Of a stretch of 64,000 nucleotides of DNA, positions 46,219 through 60,900 are shown in pieces. The stretch's first letter is position 1. Each line of letters opens with the position of its first letter. This DNA comes from the human T2T-CHM13v2.0 reference genome, Homo sapiens. The translations under genes were made by a program, and so were the position numbers. The notes beneath the pieces are model-generated. The model worked only from the letters and a program-made list of their open reading frames with translations. It did no database searches and had not been told where the DNA came from. The stretch is taken from assembly GCF_009914755.1 (NCBI RefSeq), contig NC_060932.1. One strand, 5' to 3'.

Positions 46219-46533
46219 TGTATTAGTCCATTTTCATGCTGCTGATAAAGACATACCCAAATCTGGGTAATGTAAAAAGAAAAAGAGGTTCAATAGACTC
46301 ACAGTTCTATGTGGCTGGGGAGGCCTGACAATCATGGTGGAAAGCAAAAGGCATATCTTACATGGCGGCAGGCAAGAGAGCGCTTGTGCAGGGGAACTCC
46401 CCTTGATAAAACCATCAGATGTTGTGAGACTTATTCACTGTCATGAGAACTGGGTCCCTCCCATGACACATGGGATTTATGGGAGCTACAATTCAAGATG
46501 AGATTTGGGTGAGGACACAGCCAAACCATATCA
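46219..46533 (-). mobile_element. THE1B-like solo LTR
   Basis: tgtattagtccattttcatgctgctgataaagacataccc...ggacacagccaaaccatatca; TSD GT(T/G)CT. Confidence 0.88.
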
Positions 46534-46639
46534 GTGCTTAAGATGAAGGTGCTTAATAACTGTTTCTAAATAAATTAATGAATTTATTCTGGCCAAAATT
46601 CAGGAAGCTTCAGATTTAAAGTTAAAAGAGAGCTTGCTG

Positions 46640-46790
46640 ATCTTTTGTTCCTAACATTCTTTTGCAGAGGATGAGACAAAATCTCAGGGAAGTGAAGTGA
46701 GTTGCCTGAGGCATGCATGCTAAGACAAAACCAGGACCAAAACCAAGGTCTCCTGAATCCCTGTTCAGGATGTTTTGCTCTGCCATTCAG
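46640..46790 (-). mobile_element. MIR
   Basis: ttttgcagaggatgag...agtgaagtgagttgcctgagg. Confidence 0.6.
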
Positions 46791-46949
46791 TAAACTTAAT
46801 ATAGATGGCAACTGTGTATAGACCCATAGGTCTATACAGGAGATCAGAAAGAACACTCACCTTTGGAGTTAAACATATTCTCTTAGAGACAGCAACAATT
46901 AAAAAAATCACATCAAATAACATTATAATCTAATTGTTGAAAAAAACTG

Positions 46950-47345
46950 AGAAAGAGAACATTTTAAAGAAACTATGAAGATACACTGTATATAAGAGAA
47001 CAAAAATTAGAATTAACACAGAATTTTTGTCAGAAACAGTGCAAGCCAGAAGGTAAATGAATGCCATTTAACATGCTGATTTTTTTAAATGCCAACCTAG
47101 AGTTCTATATCCAGTAGAAACATTCTTTAAAAGTAGAGATAAAATAAGAACATTTTTCATACAAACAAGCTAATTCATTGCCAGAAGACTAGAACTACCA
47201 GAAATTATTTAAAGGGTTTCCTTAGACTGAAGGAAAATGATGCTAGATAGAAACTCAAATGTACACAAAAAATGAAGAGTGCAAGAAATAGTAAATATAA
47301 AAGACATTTGTTCTCATTTTTTAATCTTTTAAAAAGAAAATGGAA
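46950..47345 (+). mobile_element. Old L1M ORF1 C-terminal fossil
   Basis: cagaaacagtgcaagccagaag...ccaacctagagttctatatccag. Confidence 0.65.
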
Positions 47346-47349
47346 GACA

Positions 47350-50300
47350 GAGGACTTGTGGATTCAGCCAAGATGGAGTAACAAGGATTGAATTTACATT
47401 TTTAGGGGGTTTAAAACAACTAGAAAAGTAAATTAAATAACACTTTAAAAGATATTGAATATGAAGCAACAAAGGCCAGTGATCTCTGAGAATCAGGAAA
47501 CAATTCAACTGACCCTCTGATTGCTCCACTTTACTCCCCAGGGAGAATTTCCAGACTGCAGTGCAGACAGAGGGAACCCTAGTAGAAATCAGAGGTCTCC
47601 CTGAGTTAAGGAGAGAATTAAAAAAGGCCAAGATAGCCAGAGTTCACAAGGTGGCTAGGGTTCACAGGCAGAGTACTGGAGATGAGAGAGGTTTTACTGA
47701 GAGAATTCTGGAGATCTGCAGAAGGTCCCTTCAGGTATTCAGCTAACTCCTGATTGGCTCCAGCGTATGAAGAAGATACATAATGCTGGGAAAAGAACCA
47801 CTTAAAAGGATGAGAGGGAACAGTCCTTAGTGCTATTAACATGAAGGTGCTTAATAAATCTTTCTAAATAAATTAATGAATTTGTTCTGGCCAAGATTTA
47901 GGAAGCTTGGAATAGTGGTCTAGGAATAGTGCCTGTTCCCACCAGCCAGAGTGGAAAGCCTCATAATTCATGGGACATTGGGTAGAGTACTCAAAGATTG
48001 TGAGTCAGTATTGGGGCAAAATTTGGCCTAGATTAAATTCATATTTGTGGTCTCTAACAATGCTTAAGAGCAAAAATCAAAAGCGTAAAGTTGTTATCAA
48101 GTAACTTATCTGCATCAAAGAACAAAACTCAAGAATATTTATAAGATTTTTAAAATCTAGCAGGCAAAATTCACAATATCTGGCAAAAATCACCAGGCAT
48201 GCACAGAAGTAGAAAAATATCACCTGTAATGAGGAGAAAAAGAAATGGAAACTGAGCCAAAAGCAACTCAGAAGGCAGAATTAGTAGAAGAGGTCATTAA
48301 GACAGTTATGATGACTGTATTCCATATGTCTAAGAAGCTAGAGGAAAGAGCAATGTATTATATGCTATATGTTTAAGAAGCTAGAAAAAAGATTAACCGA
48401 GTAGGCACATGAAAGATGTAAAAAAAGACCCTAATGAAATTTCTTGAAGTAGAAAACAATAAGGTCAGAATGAAAACATACACTGAATGAGATTAATAAC
48501 AAATTAGATGTTGTAGAATAAAGTATTAATGAACCTCAGACATAGCAATAGAAATAAACCAAAAAGATAAAGAACAATTAATAAAAAAAAAAGATAGAGC
48601 AACAGTGACCTGTGGGATAACTTTATGCAGCCTAATATACATGTCATTGGAGTCACCAAAGGAAAAAGGAAACAAAAAATATTTAAAGAAATAATGACCA
48701 AAATTTTTCAAAATATGATGAAAACTATACACCTGCAGATCCAAGACACACAATGAACTCCAAGCATAAGAGATAAGAAGAATCTACACCAAGGTACATA
48801 GTAATAAAATTGCTTAGAACCAGAGCTAATGGGAAAACTCTTAAAAGAATCCATAGATAAAAGACCCACTATGTATGAAAGAACAAATAAAATAATGACA
48901 GCAGGGTTCTCACTGGAAACAATGCAAGCTAGAAGACAGGAGAGCATACATCTTTAAAGCTCTGAAAGAAAAAAATTGTCAACCAAGAATTTTTTACCCA
49001 GCACAGATATCTTTCAGAAAAAGAGTGTGAAATAAAATTTTAGACATAGCTAACGGAACTCATCCAACAGAATTGCACTGCAAGAAATAATAAACAAAGT
49101 CTTTAAAAGACTTAAAGCAGAAGGAAAATGATACTAGGTGAAAATATGAATCTCCAAATTAATAAAGGGTGCTAGAAAAGTGCCCTAAATACGTGAGTAA
49201 ATATGTTGGATTTTAAAATTGTTTAAATTGTTTCAACAATAATTGACTAAATTGTTTGTTGTTTGTTTTTAAGACAGGGTTTCGCTCTGTCACTCAGGCT
49301 GGAGTGCAGTGGCACAATCATGGTTCATTGCAGCCTTGGCTTCTCAGGCTCAGGTGATCCTCCTGCTTCAACCTCTCAAGTAGCCCGAACTACAGGCACA
49401 TGCCACTATGCCCAGCTAATTTTCAAAATTATTTTTAGAGATGGGGTCTCCCTACGTTGTCCAGGCTGGCCTCAAACTCCTGGTCTGAAGGGATCTTCTC
49501 ATCTTAGCTCCTGGGATTACAGGCATGAGCCACCACGCATGGACAATAATTGACCGTTTAAATTTTTTTTAATTTTGAATTTAAAGTATTCTATTATAGC
49601 ACCAATAACTGATTGTTTAAACAACAACAACCACAGAAACCAACATATTTTGAGTTTATAACATATGTAGAAGTAAAACATATGATAACAATAGCACAAA
49701 GGCTAGGAGGGAAAAATGGAAGCCCATTATTATTGCAAGATACTTTAGTTATATGTGAAATAATGTAATATTTGAGGGTAGAGGGTAGTAAGTTAAAGAT
49801 GGATGCTATAGACCATAAAGCAATTATTAAAATAATGCAACCAATAGTTGCACATAATAAGCCAACAAAGGAGCTAAAATAGAATCATTTAAAAACCCAA
49901 AGGAAGGCAGAGAAAGAGTGAAAGGGAAACAGAAAACAGATGGGCCAAATAAACACAAATAGCAATACCAATAATTACATTAAATGTGATCATCACATTA
50001 AATGTCTGAACACCTTAATTAAAAGGTAGAGAGTGCTAGATTAGGTAAGATCCAACTATATGCTGTCTACTAGTAAGTAACATACATTAAATAAAAAGAT
50101 GCAATAGATTAAAAGTGAAAGGATGGAGAAAGATATACTACGTTAGCACTTATCAAAGGAAAACTGGATCAAAGTGGATTTCACAGGAAAGAATAATTCC
50201 GGAAATAAAGACAATAATTTTATAATGATCAAGTAGTCAATTAGTCAAGACAATCTTATATGTGCATGAATCTAATAACAGAGCTTTAAAATGTGGAGCA

Positions 50301-51485
50301 AAAACTGATAGAACTGTAAAGAGAAATAGATAAATGTACAATTTCAGTAAAAATATTTTTTAAACTCTCTGAAAATTAATAGAAAGGTAGATTGAAATTC
50401 AGCAAGGCTAGAGATGTCTTGAACACTACCAACTAACTTACTTTAATTGACACCTATAGAACACTTCACTCAAAAAGTGCAGAATTCACATTCTTTTCAG
50501 GAACACATGGAACATTTATATGTGGTGGGACATAAAACTAATCTTAATAAATCTGAAACTATTTTGATCACATAAAGTTCTTTCATTATAAAGAAATTCA
50601 ATTGTAAACCCAAACCAGAAGATATATAGAAACACCCATATTTGGAAATGAAACAGCACACTTCTAAATATCCCATGAATCAAAGAAAAACAATCAGAAG
50701 GGAAACTAGGAAGATTTTGAAATGAATGAAAATCAAAATACAACACATCAACATTTATGAGATGCAGCTAAAGCAGTACTGAGATGAAATTTTATAGCAC
50801 TGAGCAGCTATATTATAAAAGAAGACAAGCCTCAATGATCTTTCTGCCTCAAGAAAAGGAAAAAAGAAGGGCAAACAAAACTCAAGGTAAGCAGAAGAGA
50901 AAGAAAAAGTCAGAAAGATTAGAAGAGAAGTTAATAAAAGGGGAAACAAAAATTAGCGAAATTAAAGATGTTTTTTGAGGAGAGTGACAAAATTGATAAG
51001 CCTCTTGCTAGACTGGTCAGGAAGAGAGAAGAGAACAAATTACCAAGGAGAGACAGAGGAACAAGAAAGGTGATGCCACAGATTTTGCAGATATTAAAGG
51101 AACAATAAAGGAAATTACCAAAAATTGTGCCAATAAATTAGGCAACTTCGATTAAGTGGAAAAAACCCTTGAAACCCCCAAACTTACTCAAGAAGGTATT
51201 GATAATCAAGGTAGCCCTATATGTATTAAAGGAATTGAATTTATACTTAAAACTTTTCCCATAAAGAGAACTCCAGTCCCAGAAGGCTGAACTGCTGAAT
51301 TCTAGGAAACATTTAAGAAAGAAATAATAACCAACCACTTCCAGAAAAATGAATAGGAGATACTACCTGCCCTCATGCTGTGGGGTCTGTATTACTCTCA
51401 TTCCAAGACCAGACAATGATGTTACAAAAAAGAAAACTAAATACCAATATTCCTCATATACTCATATGCATAAATGAGAAAATTC
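47350..51485 (+). mobile_element. L1MC/MD-type element with 5'UTR, ORF1 and 5' ORF2 (decayed)
   Basis: Starts gaggacttgtggattcagccaagatggagtaacaagg; ORF1 motifs (gacctgtggga..ac; cagatccaaga; gaaacaatgcaagctagaagac), then ORF2 EN and tether motifs; many stops. Confidence 0.8.
49253..49543 (-). mobile_element. AluJ
   Basis: Antisense dimer; TSD ACAATAATTGAC. Confidence 0.9.
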
Positions 51486-51487
51486 AC

Positions 51488-51738
51488 TTTTTTTTTTTTT
51501 TTGAGACAGGGTCTCACTCTGTTCCTGATGCTGGAGTGCAGTGGTGCAGTCTTGGCTCCTTGCAGCCTCAATCTTCTGGGATTTTAAGTAATCCTCTCAC
51601 CTTAACCACCCAAGTAGCTGGCGCTATGGATGCGCACCACCATGCCCAGTTAATTTTTGTATTTTTGGAGAGATGGGGTTTTGCCATCTTGCTCAGGTTG
51701 GTCTGGAACACCTGGGCTCAAGCGATGCTCCTGCCTTG
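51488..51738 (-). mobile_element. AluJ, 5'-truncated
   Basis: Antisense; stops at ctcctgcctt. Confidence 0.88.
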
Positions 51739-51739
51739 A

Positions 51740-53120
<1,381 letters not shown>

Positions 53121-53255
53121 GTGGTATGAAGATGTTATTGCCTTTTGGTCTTTTGGTCTCCATATTTCTCATGATATGTGAGCACTAATTCCTATTGTTA
53201 TTCCTTAGTATGTAATATGTCATTTTCCTCTGGCTGCTTTTAAGGTTTTCTCTTC

Positions 53256-54950
53256 CACAAAAAGAATACAACACCTAAGAATACAGCTAACCATGGAGGT
53301 GAAAGATCTCTACCGCAAGAATTACAAAGCACTGCTCAAAGAATTCAGAGATGACACAAACAAATGGAAAAACATTCCATGCTCATGGTTAGAAAGAAAA
53401 TGAAACTGAAAATGGCCATACTGCACAAATCAATTTACAGATTCAATGCTATCCCTATCAAAGTACCAATGACATTCTTCGCAGAATTAGAAAAAAGTAT
53501 TTTAAAAGTCACTTGGAACCAAAACAGGGCTTGGATAGCCAAGGCAATCCTAAGCAAAAAGAACAAAGCTGCAGGCATCACATTCCCAAATTTTAAACTA
53601 TACTACAGGGCTACAGTAACCAAAACAGCATGGTACTGGTACAAAGACACATAGACCAATGGAACACAATAGAGAGCCCAGAAATAAACTCACACACTTA
53701 CAACCATCCAGTCTTTGACAAAGTCAACAAAAATCAGCAATAGAGAAAAGACTCCTTATTCAATAAGTGGTGCTGGGATAACTGGCTAACCATATCCAGA
53801 AGACTGAAGCTGGACCCCTTCCTTACACCATATACAAAAATCAACTCAAAATAGATTAAAGACTTAAATGCAAAACCTAAAACTATAAAAACCCTGGAAG
53901 ACAGCCTACGAAATATCATTCTGGATGTAGGCCCTGGCAAAGATTTCATGATGAAGATAACAAAAGTAATTGTAACACAAATAAAAATTGACAATGGGAC
54001 CTAATTAAACTAAAGAGCTTCTGCACAGTGAAAGAAACTATCATCAGAGTAAACAGACAACCTACAGAATGAGAGAAAATTTTTGCAAACTGTGCATCCA
54101 ACAAAGGTCTAATATCCAGAATTTATAAGGAACTGAAACAAATTAATAAGCAAAAAACAAACAACCCTGTTAAAAAGTGGGCAAAGGACATGAACAGACA
54201 CTTTTCAAAAGAAGACATACATGCAGCCAACAAGCATATGAAAAAATGCTCAACATCACTGATCAGTAGAGAAATACCAGTCAGAATGGCTACTATTAAA
54301 AAAAAAAAAAGATGCTGGCAAAGTTGCAAAGAAAAGGGAATACTTATATACTGTTGGTGGGAGTGTAAAATAATTCAACCATTGTGGAAAGCAGTGTGGT
54401 GATTTCTCAATGAACTTAAACAGAAGTATCATTAGACCCAGCAATCCTATTATTGGGTATATACCCCAAAGAATGTAAATAACTCTACCATAAAGACACA
54501 TGCACAGGTATGTTCATTACAGCACTATTCACAATAGCAAAATTATGGAATCAACCTAAGTGCCCATCATTGGTAGACTGGATAAAGAAAATGTGATATA
54601 TATACACCGCGGAAGACTACGCAGCCAAAAAAACACACGATCATGTCCTTTGCAGCAAAAATAATGAAGCTGGAGGCCATAACACTAAGCGAACTAATGC
54701 AGGAACAGAAAACCAAATACTGCATGTTCTCACTTATAAGTGGGAGCTATACATTGAGTACACAAGAAGGGAACAACAGACTCTGTGGCCTACTTGAGGG
54801 TGGGAGGAGGGACAGGATTGAAAAACTACCTCTCAGGTACTATGCTTATTACCTGGGTGACAAAATAATCTGTGCACCAAACTCCTGTGACCATAATTTA
54901 CCCACATAACAAGCCAGCACATATTCTCTTGAACCTCAAATAAAAGTTGA
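53256..54950 (+). mobile_element. 5'-truncated primate L1P (ORF2 C-terminus + 3'UTR)
   Basis: Translated pieces [42 protein letters not shown] and [24 protein letters not shown]; AATAAA at ~54939; inserted in an antisense old L1 (53130-53255, 54953-55060). Confidence 0.92.
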
Positions 54951-55090
54951 GCAAATTTTCTCCTTATCTTTGGTTTATAGCAGTTTGACTATGCTATGCT
55001 TATATGTGATTTTCTTCATATTTATTCTGCTTCGAGTTGTCTGTTCCCATCTTATGTCTTATTCCACTTCTGATTTAAGTTTTAATTTCT

Positions 55091-55401
55091 TTCCTTTTTT
55101 TTTTTTTGAGACAGAGTCTTACTCCATTGCCCAGGCTGGAGTGCAGCAGTATGATCTTGGCTCACTGCATCTTCTGCCTCCTGGGTTCAAGCGATTCTTG
55201 TGCTTCAACCTCTCTCATTCTCCTGAGTATCTGGGATTATAGGCATGTGCCACCAAGCCCAGCTAATTTTTGTATTTTTTAAGTAGAGACAGGGTTTCAC
55301 CATGTTGGCCAGGCTTGTCTAGAACTCCTGGACTCAAGCGATCTGCCTGCCTTGGCCTCCAAAAGTGTTGGGATTACAGGTGTGAGCCACCGCGCCAGGC
55401 C
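55091..55401 (-). mobile_element. AluS
   Basis: Antisense dimer; TSD TAAGTTTTAATTTCT. Confidence 0.93.
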
Positions 55402-56896
55402 CTAAGTTTTAATTTCTGTTGCTTGATCTTTTGTTTCTGATGTAGGGTGGAAATGCCCACAGTGAGTGTTGGGGGAAGGTGTTAGGTATGATCTCCTCTG
55501 CCTCTCTTCTTATTCCTTCATCCATATTAATTACCATCTTACCCCTGGGTCTGAGTGCTCTAATCACCTCCTAAGTAGATGCCCAGTTTGGGTATAACCT
55601 GCCCATTCCTGGAAAATACTATATCCCCACCCTGGTAATAGTGGAAGTAGATGTGCCCAGCCTTACCCCTGCACTACAATTTTGATGGGGTCTTAAGTTG
55701 AACCAAAATATATCCTGGTTACGGGAGGTATACATTTCAGACCATGCCATCATGAATTCTGAAGCATCAGAGAACTTGTGGGCAAGCCTGGTCAAGGAGG
55801 AATAGCTCCTAAGTGGTTCAGCTACTGATAAACCTGGAGGTCCCAGTAGAAAAATGTGATCTATAGATTCCAGGGGGCTGCCAAGCAGCCCCTTTAGTAA
55901 TTTATGAAAACCCATACAAGGTCTTGGGTACAGCCTGTGAGACTCATACAGCTTTCTTTCTCATCCCACATTGCCATTTGTAGGCCAAACTCAGACCAGT
56001 GACAGGGCTTGTGAATCCTAAGAATTACTACCTTAGCTTTAGACCCATAAATCACCTTGAACTTGGAAATGGCCTTGTCCATTCTAGATTGACAGATGTT
56101 ATTCCTAAGATGGCAGCACACCTAGCTCTAGACATTTACAGTTATCTTAGGCTCATACAGAAGATTTTTATTTTGAACATAGAAATGTCCACTGACCAGT
56201 ACTTGGAATAGCGAGCAGGGTCGCAAAGCTCCACAAACGTGATCAGAGGCTGACACCTTTGTATGGGATGTTGCCAGGCAGTGCAATGCCACCGCTGGTC
56301 AGCAGAACCCAGTCTCCCGTACTCACCAGCCTGGTTTCCACTGGCTTGCTTATGCTCACTTACAATATAAAGTTTACTTTTGCGACAACTGCTTGTTAGT
56401 TCCAGAAAGCTTTTATTTTAGTTAATTGTGTTCATTGGGAAAGCTGTTGTGCCCAGAAGCCAGGAAAGGCCTTCAATGGGACTTTCAGGCAGGGAGCATC
56501 CGGTGGGATGGGATGGGGACCCCTTCCTGCTGTGGGACTACCCGCAGTGGCGCCCAGCCCCAGCACCCTGCACAGTCTGGTAACTCTTCCCCTTTGGTAA
56601 ATTTTCCCTTCAAGTGGGAGGAGGGCACTTTGGGAAAAAGCCTCAGCTGCTGCTTCTGCTGCTTAAAGCAGTCCAGACGATTAATGGGCAGCTCCAGCTG
56701 CTATCCTGAAAGTGAGACTGAAATCTTACACCTTTTTTCCTTATGATAAAATTGATTTTGGCATACGCTTTTGGAGTTGCTGTAATTTTTAGGAAAGTGC
56801 CCATCTGGAAGGTCAAGGAGCATTTGGATACAGCAAAGGAGTTGTGTCACACAGGTTAGGACCAGGACAGCTCCAGGACCTGGTACATGGGAAGGC

Positions 56897-57040
56897 TTTC
56901 TTTCCCTTCCCTCCCCTCCCTTCCCCTCCCCTCCCCTCCCTTCCCTTCCCTTTCCTCTCCTTTCCTCTCCTTTCCTTTTTTTCTTTTCTTCCTCCCTCCC
57001 TCCCTCCCTCCCTCCCTCCCTCTCTCTTTCTTTCTTTCCT
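56897..57040. repeat. (CCCCT/CCCTT/CCCT)n pyrimidine simple repeat, derived from an Alu tail
   Basis: Directly visible. Confidence 0.9.
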
Positions 57041-57339
57041 TTTCTTCTTTTTGAGACAAGATCTCACTCTGTCACCCAGGCTGGAGTCCAGCGGTGTGAT
57101 CATGGCTCACTGCAGCCTCGACCTCCTGGGCTCAAGTGATCATCCTGCTTCAGTCTCCTGAGTAGCTGGGACCACAGGTGTGCACCACCATGCATGACTA
57201 ATTTACTTTAAAATTTTTTTGTAGAGACAGTGTCTTGCTATGTTACCAAGGCTGGTCTTAAACTCCTGGCTCAAGCGATCCCCCTGCCTCAGCCTCCCAA
57301 AGGGCTGAGACTACAGGCGTAAGCCAACCACACCCAGCC
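57041..57339 (-). mobile_element. AluJ
   Basis: Antisense dimer. Confidence 0.92.
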
Positions 57340-58333
57340 TGGAAAGGCTAGCTTCCGAGAAGCCTACTTATGGGCACCATCTTTCTCTCCACAAGAGCAT
57401 CTCCATGAGCATAAGTCTTCTCTGGGCAAACTCAAGGAATTCCTGGCCCACCCTAACAGAGAGGGGGTAAGTGAGATGTCTGCCCTGATCCTGGGCCTTC
57501 AGACCATTCAAAGATTCAGCTGGTGGCTAACATAAAACAAGCCTGCAGCACGTTCAACAACACTTGTCTCAGATCTTCTTACCTAGCTTCTGCATTTCAT
57601 TTCGGGCTCCACTCCTTCAAAACGCTAGCTTCCAACCCTCTTTGCTATTTCAGTCTTGTAGGACTTCCTTGGACATGTCTCACGGTCATTGTATTTTTCT
57701 TCCTAGTCTTTGTTGCTTTAGGTAACACCAGGCCACATTCAGCCCTAAAGGGACCCCTCTGCCTTGACTCATTTTGTCATTGCTTTGTCATTGCCATCAT
57801 CCAGGCCTGTCAGGGACACTCCACAGCAGGTGGTGGGACACAGTGGGTGAGCTTATGCCAGGAAGGAACAAATGTATTTGCAATGACAATGAGCTAGGAG
57901 GAATGCTACCACCACCTTCCAGCCTCTCCTGAGCTGGGGGAGACTGAGCCCCTTCCCCTCCAGGGGCTGCACAGGGAGGAGGACCAGAGTTCAGTGCAGG
58001 AAGATGGTGACAAGGTATTCAGTAAGGACTCTGATGTTCAGGCTGGTTTGTATAGATACCGTGGAATGTCCAGAAGGTAAGTTGGAAGCATGGCATAGCT
58101 GGGAAAGGAGAGCAAAGCCGAGAGCTGCTGAGCAAAGTCTTGCATTTAGGATGGGCAGCAGAACCCAAGAGGAGGGGTGGCCTAGTGGACATGGTGGGTG
58201 CAGGTGCATGGCAGGTGACACCAAAGGCCTAAAAAGGCAGGAGGCTGATGGCCTCAGTCTTCACCAGACAGCACTGGTGGAAAGTTATCCTCAGCAGTGA
58301 TTCAAGAATCTTGGGGCCTGTATTTGAGAGTCA

Positions 58334-58881
<548 letters not shown>

Positions 58882-59276
58882 AGGGTGACTTCAGCCCAGA
58901 AAAGCAATATTCGACCTTCAGGGTCATTCACCCTTGGCAGAATAGAGTCTGGGAATTTATCTGTACAGTTACTTTCCTAAGCAAATGAGCTGGGGGGTCT
59001 CTGAGGCAACTGACCTCCATCTGTTGTTTCTGTATATTTTAAAAGAGAAATCGATAATGGGTGGACCGAGCTCTCCCTTGTCCCCAGAGACATAGTTCAA
59101 GTATTCTTGTTCAAGCATTTTTTTGCTTTCAGGTTTTCTTGCCTACAGGATTCTAAGACCTTTTGGCTTTAGCTTGATTTTCTCAACTTATCTCTCAAAA
59201 TTTTTCAGTAACAAAGCTCCTTCTTCAAGCAGTACTTTATAGAGACCACGATATAGGAATCAGAAAAACTCAGGAT

Positions 59277-59296
59277 TTTATTAGCATATATTTATT
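59277..59296 (-). terminator. Distal PNMA2 polyadenylation signals (2x AATAAA)
   Basis: TTTATT twice on +; U-rich element downstream on the minus strand. Confidence 0.65.
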
Positions 59297-59769
59297 TTAT
59301 AACTTCACATTTATAACATTTTACTTTGTATACCGCCAATAAATGACAATGAAACTATTTTCATAAATACAAAAACACATGAAATTAGGGTGTCATGGTA
59401 ACCACTGCATCACTTTGGTGGAACAGTATTAAAAATAGAATTTAGAAAGATAAATGATCACAAGTGATACCTTTTAAAAAATGCTTTTCTTACAATCTCA
59501 GGATATTCTTCAGTTAAACTGAACCACAATCAGAAAAAATAAGTAATTATTTAAAAGTCAAACCTCTAACAATTGTCAACAACTGCTGGAAGAGTCATCA
59601 CAAATATAAAAAACAACAAGCACTCAAATTTACAATAAGAGATGAAACGGTTTCTAACACCAGGGTAGACTGGAAGTCAACTGGAAGCATATTAGCTTGT
59701 TACCACACAACTGTCAGAACAATAAAGAAAGCATGCATTGAGCAGACAGGAACATCGTGAAAATCCTAA

Positions 59770-59935
59770 GAGCTTCAATGTATTGAGGGCTTTCTGTGTT
59801 CCAGATGTCATGCAACGTGCTTAAAAAGCATTAAGTCATTTGTTCATAACAACCGTGTACTCTCATCTTCTTATTTTTCAGATGTGGAAACTGATGTCTA
59901 GAGAAGCTAAGCAATTTGCTTACAGTATGCACAAA
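59770..59935 (-). mobile_element. MIR in the PNMA2 3'UTR
   Basis: tcatttgttcataacaacc...ttttcagatgtggaaactga...aagcaatttgct. Confidence 0.65.
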
Positions 59936-60283
59936 TCTACCACAAGACTACACATCAACTGTGTTGGAGATTTGCCTAGCACATATAACTAAATGGTGCT
60001 CATCTGCACTGCACTCACACACTTACGTGATACACAGGTCTGATCTAAATACACAGGTCTGATCTACACAACCATGTGGTGCTACCGCTTTTAAAATCTG
60101 TGAACAATTAAAAGAAGTTTGGATACGTACACAGATACCATAAAGGAAACTTTGCTCTAAGGTCTGCACAAAATGAGCCAATCTGAAAATAAAAGTAAAC
60201 CTGGTGGTGAATGCTGATGTGTTAAAATTTGGTTATCAGCCCATTTGAATCTAGCTGCATTTACTAGAGACTTAAAGAGTTTA

Positions 60284-60592
60284 GCCCAGGCATGGTGGCT
60301 CACACCTGTAATCCCAGCACTTTGGGAGGCCGAGGTGAGTGGATCACTTGAGGTCAGGAGTTCGAGACCAGCCTGGCCAACATGGTGAAACCCCATTTCT
60401 ACTAAAAATACAAAAATTAGCTGGGCGTGGTGGTGGGTGCCTGTAATCCCAGCTACTCGGGAGGCTGAGGCACGAAATCGCTTGAACCTGGGAGGCGGAG
60501 GTTGCAGTGAGCTGAGATTGCACCACTGCACTCCAGCCTGGGTGATAGAGCAAGACTCAGTCTCAAAATAATACTAATAATAATTAAAAAAA
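60284..60592 (+). mobile_element. AluS (antisense within the PNMA2 3'UTR)
   Basis: Full dimer; TSD TAAAGAGTTTA. Confidence 0.95.
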
Positions 60593-60669
60593 TAAAGAGT
60601 TTAAAACACATTTTGGAGATGGCACTGCTAGAAAATCTGCAGAACTGCAGAGCACAATTTGAAAGTCAT

Positions 60670-60900
60670 CGTGATGGTAGAGGATGGACTAGTGTGAGTC
60701 AGAAAGTTCTGGGCTTCTGTCTAGGCTCCATCACTTCTTGGCATTTTGGTGTTGAGGAGACCACTTAACTCATCTGAGCTTCGGTTTCTTTCTCTTTATA
60801 AAGAGCAAAATTATACCACAACAGGGTGGCTGTATACATTCAATGAGATATACATGAAACACTTTGCACACAGTAGGCCCTCAATAAATGTGAGTTCCTT
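60670..60900 (+). mobile_element. MIR in the PNMA2 3'UTR
   Basis: cacttaactcatctgagcttcggtttctt...aatgagata...gtaggccctcaataaatg. Confidence 0.7.

Noticed and set aside
53256-54950. L1 ORF2-like ORFs as an active retroelement
   Set aside because: 5'-truncated and fragmented by stops and frameshifts; no intact RT.
55450-56230. Short ORFs in apparently unique sequence as a pseudogene or ERV internal region
   Set aside because: I could not recognise any protein family; this needs BLASTX/Dfam.
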